Positions 38,346-48,415 of a DNA stretch of 64,000 nucleotides are shown here, one piece after another. Source of the stretch: Alphaproteobacteria bacterium (GTDB taxonomy: Bacteria; Pseudomonadota; Alphaproteobacteria; UBA828); contig OZ251509.1 of NCBI GenBank assembly GCA_965242855.1, positions 337,648-401,647 on the forward strand. Direction: 5' to 3'. A model generated the notes under the pieces. The model was not told where the DNA came from, made no database searches, and saw only the letters and a list, made by a program, of their open reading frames with translations. The stretch's first letter is position 1. Each line of letters starts with the position of its first letter. The translations under genes were made by a program, and so were the position numbers.

Positions 38346-39835
38346 CAGAAGCGGGGCAGATCGGGGAACGGCACCCGCCCCCGATGCACGTGCATCCGGC
38401 CGAGCTCGGCGCAACGGTGAAGCGTCGGGAAGACCTTGCCCGGATTGAGGAGCTGATCCGGGTCGAAGGCGCATTTGATCCGCTGCTGCTGCTTGAGATC
38501 TTCTTCGCCGAACATCTCGCCCATCAGGTCGCGCTTCTCGACGCCGACGCCGTGCTCGCCCGTCAGCACGCCGCCCACATCGACGCACAGCTTGAGGATT
38601 TTCGCGCCCATCTCCTCGGTCCGCCGGAGCGCGCCGGGGACGTTGGAATCGTACATGATCAGCGGGTGCAGATTGCCGTCGCCGGCGTGGAAGACGTTGG
38701 CGACGGGCAGGTCGTATTCCCGCGACAGTTCGCCGATCCGGGTCAGCACCTCGGGCAGCCGCGCGCGCGGAATCGTCCCGTCCATGACGTAATAGTCGGG
38801 CGCCATGCGCCCGGCCGCGGCGAAGGCCGACTTGCGCCCGAGCCAGAAGCGCTGGCGTTCGGCCTCGTCCGCGCTGGCGCGGACGGTGGTCGCGCCCGAC
38901 CGTTCGGCGATGCCGCCGACCCGGGCCACGAGCTCGTCGACCTCGACGCCGGGGCCATCCAGTTCGCAGATGAGGATCGCTTCCGCGTCCCGAGGATAGC
39001 CGGGACGGCAGAAGCTCTCCGCCGCTTCGATCGCCGGCCGGTCCATCATTTCGAGCCCGGCGGGGACGATCCCGGCGGCGATGATGTCGCGGACGCAGGT
39101 CCCCGCCGATTCGTTGTCGGGGAAGCCCATGAGGAGCGCCCGGACGGTCGCCGGTTTGGGCAGGAGCCGCACCGTGACCTCGGTGATCACGCCGAGAAGC
39201 CCCTCGGAGCCGGTGACTGCGCCGAGCAGATCGTAGCCCTCGGCGTCGAACTGCTTGCCGCCCAGACGAAGGACCTCGCCGCCCATGAGCACCATCTCGA
39301 CGCCGAGCAGGTTGTTGGTCGTGAGGCCGTATTTGAGGCAGTGCACGCCGCCCGAATTCTCCGCGACGTTGCCGCCGATGGAGCAGGCGATCTGGCTCGA
39401 CGGATCCGGCGCATAGTAGAAGCCGTGGGGGCCCACGGCCGTGCTGATGGCGAGATTGGCGACTCCGGGCTGGACCACGGCGCAGCGGTTGGCGATGTCG
39501 ATATCGAGGATGCGGTTGAGCTTGCCGAAGCCCACGGTCACCCCGTCGGCGAGGGGCAGTGCGCCGCCCGAAAGCCCGGTGCCGGCGCCGCGCGGCACCA
39601 CCTTGACGCCGCGCGCACAGCAAAGCGCGAGGATGCGGCTCACCTCGCCGGTGCTGCGCGGCAGGACGACGATCATCGGCAGCGCCCGGTAGGCGCTGAG
39701 ACCATCGCATTCGAAAGCACGCAGCGCGCGCTCGTCGTCGATGACGTCGTCGTCCGGGAGGATGTCGCGCAACGCGGCGACGAGGGCTTCCCGCCGTCCG
39801 ATCACGCCCGCGTCGGGCTCGGGCATCGCGATCAT
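38345..39835 (-). CDS. glcD: glycolate oxidase subunit GlcD (FAD-linked oxidase)
   Basis: 496 aa with 'PRGAGTGLSGGALP' and 'LTGEHGVGVEKRDLM'. Confidence 0.85.
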   Translation of the reverse strand: MIAMPEPDAGVIGRREALVAALRDILPDDDVIDDERALRAFECDGLSAYRALPMIVVLPRSTGEVSRILALCCARGVKVVPRGAGTGLSGGALPLADGVTVGFGKLNRILDIDIANRCAVVQPGVANLAISTAVGPHGFYYAPDPSSQIACSIGGNVAENSGGVHCLKYGLTTNNLLGVEMVLMGGEVLRLGGKQFDAEGYDLLGAVTGSEGLLGVITEVTVRLLPKPATVRALLMGFPDNESAGTCVRDIIAAGIVPAGLEMMDRPAIEAAESFCRPGYPRDAEAILICELDGPGVEVDELVARVGGIAERSGATTVRASADEAERQRFWLGRKSAFAAAGRMAPDYYVMDGTIPRARLPEVLTRIGELSREYDLPVANVFHAGDGNLHPLIMYDSNVPGALRRTEEMGAKILKLCVDVGGVLTGEHGVGVEKRDLMGEMFGEEDLKQQQRIKCAFDPDQLLNPGKVFPTLHRCAELGRMHVHRGRVPFPDLPRF

Positions 39836-39896
39836 GGCGAAACGGCCTCCCGCCCGCGCTTCTCCGCCACCTCGCGCGCGATGGCGGGCGACCCCG

Positions 39897-40022
39897 TCAG
39901 CCCTGGCGCGCCTTGAACCGCGGGTTGCGCTTGTTGATGATCAGCACCCGGCCCTTGCGCCGCACGATCCGGCAATCCTTGTGGCGCTTCTTGGCCGCGC
40001 GGAGCGAGTTGAGAACCTTCAT
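39897..40022 (-). CDS. rpmJ: 50S ribosomal protein L36 (bL36), zinc-independent type B (YkgO-like) form
   Basis: '[41 protein letters not shown]' (41 aa) matches the YkgO-type L36 almost motif for motif. It has only one Cys, so it cannot form a zinc ribbon. Confidence 0.85.
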   Translation of the reverse strand: MKVLNSLRAAKKRHKDCRIVRRKGRVLIINKRNPRFKARQG

Positions 40023-40146
40023 GGCACCCTCTCGAAAGGCCGGCGCACCATAGGAAGCCGGCGCGCGCCTGTCAAACCGCGGCTTGAACGCATCCCCGCC
40101 GGAGGGATAGCGTGGGCGGCGGCCAGGAACGAGGCGGGAGGCGCCG

Positions 40147-40794
40147 ATGGCGGGCACGGCGGCGGAAGAGATCGCGGCGGCCCTTCTTGACGCCGGCGCC
40201 TTCCTGGTGCGCCCGGCGGCGCCGTTTCGTCTCGCCTCCGGGCTGCGGGCGCCGTTCTACGTCAATTGCCGGCTGCTCCTTTCCCATCCCGACGCCCGGA
40301 CGCGGGCGGCGGCGGCGCTGGCGGCCGTCGTGCCGCTGCCGGCCACCACCGTGGTCGCCGGCGGCGTCACGGCCGGCGTGCCCTTCGCGGCGCTGGTCGC
40401 CGACCGCCTCTCCCTGCCGCTGGTCTATGTCCGCGCCGCGCCGAAGGACCACGGCACGGCAGGGCGGATCGAAGGCGGCGCCGTCGCCGGCGAGACCGTC
40501 TTCCTGATCGAGGACCTGATCACCACGGCCGGCAGCATCCTCGCCTTCGCCGGCGCGCTGCGCGCGGCGGGCGCGCGGGTGGACGGCGCAGGCGTGCTGT
40601 TCTCCCGCGCCGGCGCGGCGGCGCGGCGCGCCCTGGGCGACGCGGGCCTCGGCCTCGCGGCGCTCTGCGACCTCGACACCCTGCTCGCGACGGCGCGCGC
40701 CTCCGGGCGCCTCGACGCCGCGGCGCTGGCCGAGATCCGCGCCTTCCTCGCGGACCCGGAGGGATGGTCCGCCCACGCCCCGACGCGGCCCTGA
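40147..40794 (+). CDS. pyrE: orotate phosphoribosyltransferase
   Basis: '[16 protein letters not shown]' and the PRPP-binding '[13 protein letters not shown]'. Confidence 0.8.
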   Translation: MAGTAAEEIAAALLDAGAFLVRPAAPFRLASGLRAPFYVNCRLLLSHPDARTRAAAALAAVVPLPATTVVAGGVTAGVPFAALVADRLSLPLVYVRAAPKDHGTAGRIEGGAVAGETVFLIEDLITTAGSILAFAGALRAAGARVDGAGVLFSRAGAAARRALGDAGLGLAALCDLDTLLATARASGRLDAAALAEIRAFLADPEGWSAHAPTRP

Positions 40795-40861
40795 CCCGGA
40801 TTCCCCGCATCCGTCGTTCAGGCCTCGCGTCGTCCGGTGCGCGGGCGGGGAATCCTCCCGG

Positions 40862-41851
40862 TCAACCGGCGGGATCGAGGACGCGGTCCGGCGGGGCGTG
40901 CCCGTCGGCGAAGGTCTGGATGTTGATGAGGACCTTCTCGCCCATGTCGAGGCGCCCTTCGATGGTGGCGGAGCCGATGTGGGGCAGGGCCACTACGTTG
41001 TCCAGCGTGAGCAGCTTCGGCGTGACCAGGGGCTCGTTCTCGTACACGTCCAGCCCGGCGCCGGCGATGCGGGCGGCTTCGAGCAGGCGCACCAGGGCGG
41101 CCTCGTCGATGGCGTGGCCGCGCGAGGTGTTGATCACGTAGGCCTGCGGACGCAGCAGGGAGAGTCGCCGGGCCGAGAGCAGGTGATAGGTCGCCGGCGT
41201 GCTCGGGCAGTGGATCGAGACGAAATCCATATGCGCCAGCATCTGGTCCAGGCTCTGCCACCAGGTCGCCTCGAGCGCGGCCTCGGTCTCCTCGTCCAGG
41301 CGGTTGCGGTTGTGGTAGTGGATGGAGAGGCCGAAGCCGCGGGCGCGACGGGCGACGGCCTGGCCGATCCGCCCCATGCCGACGATGCCGAGCCGCTTAC
41401 CCCAGATACGATGGCCCAGCATCGTGGTCGGCGCCCAGCCCCGCCAGTCGCCGCCGCGCAGCAGCCGCTCCCCCTCCGAGAGCCGGCGCGGCACCGCGAG
41501 GATGAGGGCCATGGTCATGTCCGCCGTGTCCTCCGTGAGGACGCCCGGCGTGTTGGTCACCAGGATGCCGCGCGCCCGCGCCGCCGCGAGGTCGATGTGG
41601 TCGACGCCCGTACCGAAGCTCGCGATCAGCTTGAGAGCGGAGCCGGCGCGTTCGAGGAGGGCGCCGTCGATGGCGTCCGTCACCGTCGGCACCAGGACGT
41701 CGGCCTCTCCCGCCGCACGCGCCAGGGCCTCGCGGTCGAGCGGGCGGTCGTCTTCGTTGAGCCGCGTGTCGAAGAGCTCCATCATGCGCGCCTCGATCTC
41801 CCGAGGGAGACGGCGCGTCACGATCACCCTGAGCCTTCTGCCCGGCGTCAT
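40862..41851 (-). CDS. D-isomer-specific 2-hydroxyacid dehydrogenase (glyoxylate/hydroxypyruvate reductase-like)
   Basis: NAD-binding 'LGIVGMGRIGQAVARRA' and catalytic 'INTSRG...VALPHIGSAT'. Confidence 0.8.
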   Translation of the reverse strand: MTPGRRLRVIVTRRLPREIEARMMELFDTRLNEDDRPLDREALARAAGEADVLVPTVTDAIDGALLERAGSALKLIASFGTGVDHIDLAAARARGILVTNTPGVLTEDTADMTMALILAVPRRLSEGERLLRGGDWRGWAPTTMLGHRIWGKRLGIVGMGRIGQAVARRARGFGLSIHYHNRNRLDEETEAALEATWWQSLDQMLAHMDFVSIHCPSTPATYHLLSARRLSLLRPQAYVINTSRGHAIDEAALVRLLEAARIAGAGLDVYENEPLVTPKLLTLDNVVALPHIGSATIEGRLDMGEKVLINIQTFADGHAPPDRVLDPAG

Positions 41852-41947
41852 CGCCCCTCCGACCGCGGCCGGCCGGTTGTTTAGCAAACGCCCCGCGGCG
41901 ACTCAATTGACCGGCCCGGCGCCGAAACCCTGTATGATCGCGGCCCC

Positions 41948-42460
41948 GTGACGCTCCCGCGCCTCTCCCCCACCCGTTTGCACCGCGCCGCCATTCTGCC
42001 GGTGCTGGCGCTCGCGCTGGCCTGCGCCGCCCCGGCCCCGGCCCAGGAAGGGGCGAAGCGCGCGGACGAGCTGCCGCGGTTCCTCTCGCTCAAGTCGGCC
42101 CAGGTGAACCTCCGGGTCGGTCCCGGACGGCGCTTCCCGATCGACTGGGTTTACAAACGCCACGGCCTGCCGGTGCTGGTGGTCGATAGCCACGACCAGT
42201 GGCGCCGGGTGCGCGACCACGAGGACACGCTCGGCTGGGTGCACCAGTCGCTGCTGTCCGCGCGCCGCACCGTGCTCACGGTGGGGGGCAGGCACACGAT
42301 GCGGCGGCGGCCGGCGCCGGGCGAGACGGCACTGCTCCGCGTCGAGCCGGGAGTGGTCGCCGCCCTCCGCGAATGCGAGGGCGACTGGTGTCGCGTCTCG
42401 CTGGCCGGCGAGACCGGGTGGCTGCCGCGCGACGCGCTCTGGGGCACCGCCCCGCCTTGA
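41948..42460 (+). CDS. bacterial SH3-like domain protein (DUF1058) with signal peptide
   Basis: Signal 'AILPVLALALACAAPAPA'. Two SH3b-like segments, 'NLRVGPGRRFPIDWVYKR' and 'CEGDWCRVSLAGETGWLPRDALWG'. Confidence 0.65.
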   Translation: MTLPRLSPTRLHRAAILPVLALALACAAPAPAQEGAKRADELPRFLSLKSAQVNLRVGPGRRFPIDWVYKRHGLPVLVVDSHDQWRRVRDHEDTLGWVHQSLLSARRTVLTVGGRHTMRRRPAPGETALLRVEPGVVAALRECEGDWCRVSLAGETGWLPRDALWGTAPP

Positions 42461-42481
42461 GGCGGCATCCCGCCGGACGGG

Positions 42482-43090
42482 TCACGAGGCGGAGTCGAGG
42501 TCCTGGGCGAGGGCGGCGCGGACTTCCTCCGGCATGACCGCCATGTGGCCGTAGGCCGGGTGCGCGCAGGCGAGCACGACGCGGGCGCCGGGCGCGCGGA
42601 AACGGGCGGCCTCGGGCGCCGGGAACGGGAAGCGCAGGAAATGGATCGACGACGTCCGTCCGTCCTCCGCCGTGCGCGCGACGTCGTCCTCGATCGGCAG
42701 CGCGTCGATCGTGCTCTCGCCGACTTCCATGCGGAGGGCGTTTTCGATCCCCGCCAGGCGATAGAGTTCGCGCTCCCGCCGCGGCGGGTCGTCGATCTCG
42801 ATCATGAACGTCGCCACCAGCGCGTCGCCGCGCGGGATCAACGGGTTGTAGGCCTCGAGCTCGCCCGCGATCTGCGCCTCGCCGCCGCCCTCGGCGTAGA
42901 GCATCTCGTGCACCTGCATCCACATCGTCTCGTAGCACTCGAAGTGGAGCGTGGCGAAGGGGCCGAGGGCGAGACGGCGGCGGCGCTTGAGCGCCGCGAT
43001 CGCAGCGCGTTTCCTGGCGCGGACGCGGGCGTAATCCGCCATGTCCATGACGTCGGCCCGCGCCAACGGACGGCGGCGCGCATCCGCCAT
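42482..43090 (-). CDS. DUF3501 family protein
   Basis: 'ALGPFATLHFECYETMWMQVHEMLYAE' resembles the DUF3501 N-terminus. It is translationally coupled to the upstream Fe-S protein. Confidence 0.5.
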   Translation of the reverse strand: MADARRRPLARADVMDMADYARVRARKRAAIAALKRRRRLALGPFATLHFECYETMWMQVHEMLYAEGGGEAQIAGELEAYNPLIPRGDALVATFMIEIDDPPRRERELYRLAGIENALRMEVGESTIDALPIEDDVARTAEDGRTSSIHFLRFPFPAPEAARFRAPGARVVLACAHPAYGHMAVMPEEVRAALAQDLDSAS

Positions 43091-43091
43091 C

Positions 43092-44450
43092 TCAGGCGAG
43101 ACCGTAGGCGCGCGCCACGAGTTCGATCGGGTGGTGGGCGCGCCCGGCGGCCGGCAAACCCGCGCCGGGATCGTCCTTCCCTTCCGCAAGGCGCTCCATG
43201 CCGTTCACGATGTGGACGCCGGCAAGCGGGCACTCCGAGGCGAGGTAGCGGCGTCCCGCCTCGCGCGCCTTGCGGGCGACCGGGCGGCCGACCCTCAGCG
43301 CCGTCTCGTGGAAGCCCCTGGTGACGCCGAGCGCGCCGCCATGGCCGGAGCAGCGCTCGATGACCGTGACTTCCGTGTCCGGCAGCAACGCCAGCATGTC
43401 GGCCGACTTGCGGCCGACGTTCTGGGCGCGCTCGTGGCACGGCAGGTGCAGCGTGATCCCGCCTTCGAGCGGCGCCAGCCCCGGCGCCAGCCCGGCGTCG
43501 CGGGCGAGGCCGACGACATATTCGCAAATGCCGTTGGCGTGTTTCGCGAGGCGCGCGATCGCCGGCTCCTCGGGCAGGACGAGCGGCCACTCGAGCTTCA
43601 GCATCAGGGCACAGCTCGCCACCGGCGCGATTACGTCGTAGCCGCGGTCGATCCATTCCCCGAGCGCCGCCGCGACGCGACGCGCGCCCTCGGCGACGCG
43701 CGCCACGTCGCCCTCCTCGAGCTGCGGCATCCCGCAGCAGCCGGAATAGGCGACGGCGGTCTCGACGCCGTTCCGCGCCAGCACGGCCCGCGCGGCCTCG
43801 CCGATCTCGGGCCGGTTGTAGTTGGCGAAGCAGGTGGCGTAGAGCACCGCCTTGCGGCCGAAGCCCGGCGCTTCGCGGTTCACCACCGGCGCCTCCGCGG
43901 CGGCGCGGTCGAGCAGCGTGCGCCGGTGGTAGCGCGGCAGCAGCGCCTCCCTGTGGACGCCGGCGACGGCCTCCAGCGCCGCCCGCGCCGGGCGGTTGCC
44001 CCGCGCCGCACCCCAGTTCATGAGCGGCGCCAGGGCGCGCCCCAACCTGCCGTTCCGGTCGGTTTCGCCGAGCCGCCGCGTGGCCTTCGTGTGGCGCCGT
44101 CCCTCGTGCCGGCCGGCCGCCCGGTAGCGCAGCATGAGATGGGGCACGTCGACGTTCCACTCGTGCGGCGGCGTGTAGGGGCACATCGTCATGAAGCACA
44201 TGTCGCAGAGCGTGCAGGCGTCGGCGACCGTCTTGAAGTCGGCGGAATCGACCGACTCGAGTTCGCCCGTCTCGGACTCGTCGATCAGGTCGAAGAGACG
44301 GGGGAAGGAGTCGCAGAGGTTGAAGCAGCGCCGGCAGCCATGGCAGATGTCAAAAACCCGCCGCATCTCCCGCTCGAGCGGCGCGCGGGCATGGAAGTCC
44401 GGGTTCCGCCAGTCGAGCGGATGGCGGAACGGCGCGCCATCGTCGCTCAT
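43092..44450 (-). CDS. (Fe-S)-binding protein, heterodisulfide reductase subunit D/GlpC-like (CCG domains)
   Basis: 'CHGCRRCFNLCDSFP', 'CTLCDMCFMTMCPY' and two Cys-rich CCG regions ('ATCFANYNRPEIG', 'LPCHERAQN'). Confidence 0.7.
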   Translation of the reverse strand: MSDDGAPFRHPLDWRNPDFHARAPLEREMRRVFDICHGCRRCFNLCDSFPRLFDLIDESETGELESVDSADFKTVADACTLCDMCFMTMCPYTPPHEWNVDVPHLMLRYRAAGRHEGRRHTKATRRLGETDRNGRLGRALAPLMNWGAARGNRPARAALEAVAGVHREALLPRYHRRTLLDRAAAEAPVVNREAPGFGRKAVLYATCFANYNRPEIGEAARAVLARNGVETAVAYSGCCGMPQLEEGDVARVAEGARRVAAALGEWIDRGYDVIAPVASCALMLKLEWPLVLPEEPAIARLAKHANGICEYVVGLARDAGLAPGLAPLEGGITLHLPCHERAQNVGRKSADMLALLPDTEVTVIERCSGHGGALGVTRGFHETALRVGRPVARKAREAGRRYLASECPLAGVHIVNGMERLAEGKDDPGAGLPAAGRAHHPIELVARAYGLA

Positions 44451-44460
44451 CGCCGCCGGG

Positions 44461-44595
44461 CTACCGGCAGGCGCCGCACAACCGGTTGCCGGGCCCGGCG
44501 CTGTCGAAGACACGGCCGCAGCGCAGGCAGCTGCGTTTGCTTTCCTGCGCCTCCAGGCGATCCAGCTCCGCGAGCTCGTCGGAGAGCGAGATCAT
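44461..44595 (-). CDS. small zinc-ribbon protein (44 aa, CxxC...CxxC)
   Basis: 'MISLSDELAELDRLEAQESKRSCLRCGRVFDSAGPGNRLCGACR'. GAGGA RBS 8 nt upstream. It lies immediately upstream of the Fe-S protein gene. Confidence 0.4.
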   Translation of the reverse strand: MISLSDELAELDRLEAQESKRSCLRCGRVFDSAGPGNRLCGACR

Positions 44596-44929
44596 GCCCG
44601 GTCCTCGGTCGACGTTCTTGGCGGCTTCGCGCCGCGCTTCCCATTTGGTTCGTCTCTGAGTGGCGACAGTCATCGTCGTGCGAAGGTCTCGTGAGACATC
44701 TCCCGGCGGCCCCGCGGCCGCCCGCTCCGTGCCCATCATATCCGATCGCGGCGCTCGTTCTAAGCCGAATCTTCGCCCGCTCCTGGAGCGATCGCTTCTC
44801 GATGCTCCCGGCGTCTCGCCGGCCGGCGTGCGCCCAAACGATGCCGGCGTTCCCGGCGGCCGTGAGCGACGCGAGGTCCGGCGGGCGGACGCTGGACCTG
44901 CGGGACGGCCTCCGCCATGCTGCCGCGCC

Positions 44930-45892
44930 ATGGCGACCCGCCCGGCACCGCGTGGCGTCTCCACGCTCGGCGTTCACGCCACGGTGGTGATCGCCATGCT
45001 CCTCATCTCGGGCAGCTATCCGGTCGGCGAGGCGATCGCCAACGAACTCGATACCGGCACGCTGTTGTTCCTCCGCTTCCTCCTGGCGCTGGCGGTCTTC
45101 GGCCCCGTGGTCGCCTGGCGCCACGGCATCGCCTGGCCGGGCTGGCGGGCACTGGCAGGCTACGCGGCGATCAGCGCCTCGCTGGTGGCGTTCTTCTGGT
45201 GCATGTTCGCCGGCCTGCGGACGACGAGCGCGCTCAACGCCGGGGCCGTTTCGACCCTGATCCCCGGGTTCACCGCGATCGTCGGCGCCGCGCTGGTCGG
45301 CGAGCGGCTCGGCCGGCATCGCCTGGCCGCCCTCGGCATCGGCCTGGTCGGGGCGCTGTGGGTGGTGTTCCGCGGCGACTGGAGCCGCTTCGTCGCGCTC
45401 GAACTGAACACGGGCGACCTGATCGTCTTCGCGGGATGCGTGGCGATGGGTTTCTACAGCCCGCTGGTCATGCGCTTCCACCGCGGCGAGCCGGTGGCGG
45501 TCATGACCTTCTGGGTCATGGCCCTGAACACCGTCTGGTGCCTGCCGATCGCCAACGCCGCGCTGTGGACCACGGACTGGGCCTCGGTGCCGGCGTTCGT
45601 CCATGGCGGCATCGCCTATGTCGCGATCGGCTCCACGGTGATCGCGTTCTTCCTGATGCAATCGGGGGCAATCAGGATCGGCCCGACCCGCGTGCAATCC
45701 TACAGTTACTTCCTGCCGACCTTCGTGCTGCTGATCGACTGGGCGGCCGGCAAGGGCTTGCCGACGTTGATCACCATCCCGGGCATCGCCATTGTCCTCG
45801 CGGCGAGCTTGGTGATCCAGCGCGGCGAAATCTTCGCGGGGAAGCCCGCCGGCGCGGCGCGCGGACGGCGGCTCGCCGGAAAAGAGGCGTGA
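44930..45892 (+). CDS. EamA/DMT family transporter
   Basis: ATG at 44930. Ten predicted TM helices and duplicated EamA domains. The ORF 44660..45892 upstream of 44930 is read-through. Confidence 0.7.
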   Translation: MATRPAPRGVSTLGVHATVVIAMLLISGSYPVGEAIANELDTGTLLFLRFLLALAVFGPVVAWRHGIAWPGWRALAGYAAISASLVAFFWCMFAGLRTTSALNAGAVSTLIPGFTAIVGAALVGERLGRHRLAALGIGLVGALWVVFRGDWSRFVALELNTGDLIVFAGCVAMGFYSPLVMRFHRGEPVAVMTFWVMALNTVWCLPIANAALWTTDWASVPAFVHGGIAYVAIGSTVIAFFLMQSGAIRIGPTRVQSYSYFLPTFVLLIDWAAGKGLPTLITIPGIAIVLAASLVIQRGEIFAGKPAGAARGRRLAGKEA

Positions 45893-45904
45893 AAGGAGAC
45901 AGGG

Positions 45905-46405
45905 ATGGACACGCGGGAATGGCTGATGAGCGAGCGCAACCTGATCGACGGGCCGCTCGAAGGCTTTGAGGATGCGACGGACGACGAGCGGGCCAATCTG
46001 ATGCTCCTCGTCGAACAGTGTCGGGGCTGGTCGAACGGGGACATCGACAGGGTGGTCTCCGTGATGGCGGAGGACGGCGTCTATCACGACATCACCCTGC
46101 CGCCGGCCGTAGGCCACGCCGCGATCCGGTCGTTCGGCGCCGGCTGGCTCGCCGCGGTGCCGGACCTCTCGCTCCATATCGAGGCGCTCTGCGTCCGGGG
46201 AAACACGGTGTGGGACATGGGCCGCATGAGCGGCACCATTACGAAGGCGTATTTCGGCCTCCCCGCCACGGGTCGCAAATTCGACTGCCTGTTTTCCCAG
46301 ACCTGTTTCGTCGAGAACGGCAAGATCCAGTATTTGCGCGGCCTCTGGAACGCGGCCGACATGTACAATCAGGTCGGGTGGGACTTGGCAGGTTTGAAGC
46401 GTTAG
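45905..46405 (+). CDS. SnoaL-like/NTF2-family protein
   Basis: 166 aa with an NTF2-like fold signature ('DRVVSVMAEDGVYHDI', 'YLRGLWN'). Confidence 0.5.
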   Translation: MDTREWLMSERNLIDGPLEGFEDATDDERANLMLLVEQCRGWSNGDIDRVVSVMAEDGVYHDITLPPAVGHAAIRSFGAGWLAAVPDLSLHIEALCVRGNTVWDMGRMSGTITKAYFGLPATGRKFDCLFSQTCFVENGKIQYLRGLWNAADMYNQVGWDLAGLKR

Positions 46406-46435
46406 AGGGAGCCGTTCTTCCACCGAAACGCGACG

Positions 46436-47272
46436 CTACGCTTCGGGCTCCATGACGAAGTCGTAATCGACGCGGAGGCCGTCGTCCGCCGGCGCGTAGT
46501 GGACGACCAGGGAGTCCTTGACGCCGAACACGGCGTCGGATTCGAGATAGGGGTCGTCGTCGGTGAAGAGCTGGGTCACGAGGGTCCGGTAGCCCGTGGC
46601 CGACACCTTGAAATGGATGTGGGCGGGACGCCAGTTGTGGCGGCCGGCGGCCTTCAGCATGGCGCCCACCGGGCCGTCGCCGGGGATGGTGTAGCTCACC
46701 GGCTTGCGGGTGCGGAAGGAATAGCGCCCGTCCGCGCCGGTCTCGATCCGACCGCACAGGTTGAACTCGGGCTGGCCCGGGTCCATCGCCGCGTACTCGG
46801 CGTTGGGCGCGGTCTGCCAGACGTCGAGGGTGGCGCCCGCGATCGGCGCCCCGTCCAGGGCGGTCACCCGGCCGGAGACCAGCACGCGCGCGCCCTCCGC
46901 CGCCCCGTCCGCCAAGTCGGCACCGTTCGCGCGGGCAGGTGCACCCTCGCGGTAGAACGGCCCGAGGACGCTGCTTTCCGTGGCGCCGGCGGGCTTCCGG
47001 TTGTTGATCGCGTCGATCAGCATGGTGGCGCCCAGCGTGTCGGAGAGAAGGATGAATTCCTGCCGCCTGTCGTCGCATTTGCGGCCGGTCTCGGTGAGGA
47101 AGCGGATGGCGGCGCGCCATTCCGGCTCCGACGGCTCGATCTCGCGGATGAAGGCATGGAGATGGCGGGTCAGGGCGCACAGGACCTCCCGAGTCCGATC
47201 CTGTGCCCCTTCCTCCAAGCGCTTGAGCGCCGCCCGGGTGATCGCGTCTTCGGGATTCGCCGTGTTCGTCAT
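46436..47272 (-). CDS. intradiol ring-cleavage dioxygenase (hydroxyquinol/catechol 1,2-dioxygenase family)
   Basis: 'LGPFY', 'GRVTALDGAPIAGATLDVWQ' and 'RPAHIHFKV' (His ligand) are typical of intradiol dioxygenases. Confidence 0.8.
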   Translation of the reverse strand: MTNTANPEDAITRAALKRLEEGAQDRTREVLCALTRHLHAFIREIEPSEPEWRAAIRFLTETGRKCDDRRQEFILLSDTLGATMLIDAINNRKPAGATESSVLGPFYREGAPARANGADLADGAAEGARVLVSGRVTALDGAPIAGATLDVWQTAPNAEYAAMDPGQPEFNLCGRIETGADGRYSFRTRKPVSYTIPGDGPVGAMLKAAGRHNWRPAHIHFKVSATGYRTLVTQLFTDDDPYLESDAVFGVKDSLVVHYAPADDGLRVDYDFVMEPEA

Positions 47273-47305
47273 CGCGACCCGCCCCCATCGGCGGGCGAAA
47301 GGCGC

Positions 47306-48415
47306 CTAATTCCCGATCCGGCGTCCGGTGGCAGGATCGAAGAAGAGGAGCGTCTCGGTGTCGAGATGCAGCTCGACCCGGTCGCCGTCGTTGAACTCCT
47401 GCACGCCCGCCACCGTCAGGGCGAGATTGATGCCCGAGAGATCGACACCGACCGTCGTGTGCATCCCGAGGGGCTCGAGGTCGTTCACGACCCCCGTGCG
47501 GTGTGATTCGCCCGAGGTCGAGGGGACGATCCGCACGTGCTCGGGCCGCAACCCGACTTCGACCTCGCTCACATGCGCCGGCAAGCCGTGTTCCATGCGC
47601 TTCGGCAAAGGGAGAATCATGGAACCGATGGCGAGGCGGACCTCGCCGTTTTCGCGCGAGAGCCGCCCGGGGACGATGTTGATCTTCGGGTTGCCGACGA
47701 AGCGCGCGACCTCCCGGTCGGCGGGTTCGTCGTAGAGCTCCTGCGCCTTGGCGACTTGGCGCACCTCGCCTTCGAGTAACACGCAGACGGTATCGGCGAG
47801 GGCCAGCGCCTCGGTGTAGTCCGGGGTCGCGAAGACGAAGGTCCGCCCGAGATCGCGTTGCAGGCGCTTCAGCTCCGTCCTGAGCTCGATTCGCAGCATG
47901 AAGTCGAGGCTGGAGAGCGGCTCGTCCAGGAGGAAGAAACGCGGCTCCCGCACCATGGCGCGGCCGAGGGCGACGCGCTGCCGTTCGCCGCCGCTGAAGG
48001 TCGCCGGCAGACGATCGAGGATGTGGCCGATCTTCAGCAGCTTCGCCATCTCGTCGACCCGCTTCTTGATCTCGGCCTTCGGCATCCTGGCGAGTCTGAG
48101 CGGGGAGGCGACGTTCTCGTAACCCGTCTTGTTGGGATAGAGTGCGAGATTGTCGAAGATCATCGCGATGTCGCGCTGGTTGGGCTGCAACCGGGTGAAG
48201 TTCTGGCCTTCGACCCAGACCTCGCCGGAAGACGGCGCCTCGAGGCCGGCGACGATCCGCAAGGTGGTGGTCTTGCCCGCCCCGGCGGGGCCGAGCAGCA
48301 CGATCAGCGAGCCGCGCGGGACCTCCAGGCTCAGTTCCTTGACTGCCTGGGTGGCGCCGAAATTCTTGGAGACGGAGCGAAGCTCCAGGAGAGGATCGGC
48401 CATGGCCCGGCTCAT
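47306..48415 (-). CDS. ABC transporter ATP-binding protein (MalK/UgpC-like, with TOBE domain)
   Basis: 'GPAGAGKTT', 'FSGGERQRVALGRAM' and 'FLLDEPLSSLD'. Confidence 0.85.
   Translation of the reverse strand: MSRAMADPLLELRSVSKNFGATQAVKELSLEVPRGSLIVLLGPAGAGKTTTLRIVAGLEAPSSGEVWVEGQNFTRLQPNQRDIAMIFDNLALYPNKTGYENVASPLRLARMPKAEIKKRVDEMAKLLKIGHILDRLPATFSGGERQRVALGRAMVREPRFFLLDEPLSSLDFMLRIELRTELKRLQRDLGRTFVFATPDYTEALALADTVCVLLEGEVRQVAKAQELYDEPADREVARFVGNPKINIVPGRLSRENGEVRLAIGSMILPLPKRMEHGLPAHVSEVEVGLRPEHVRIVPSTSGESHRTGVVNDLEPLGMHTTVGVDLSGINLALTVAGVQEFNDGDRVELHLDTETLLFFDPATGRRIGN

Noticed and set aside
44447-46423. 658-aa minus-strand ORF
   Set aside because: It is antisense to the EamA transporter and SnoaL genes, has a low-complexity R/G/D-rich translation and no motifs. 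It is a high-GC artefact.
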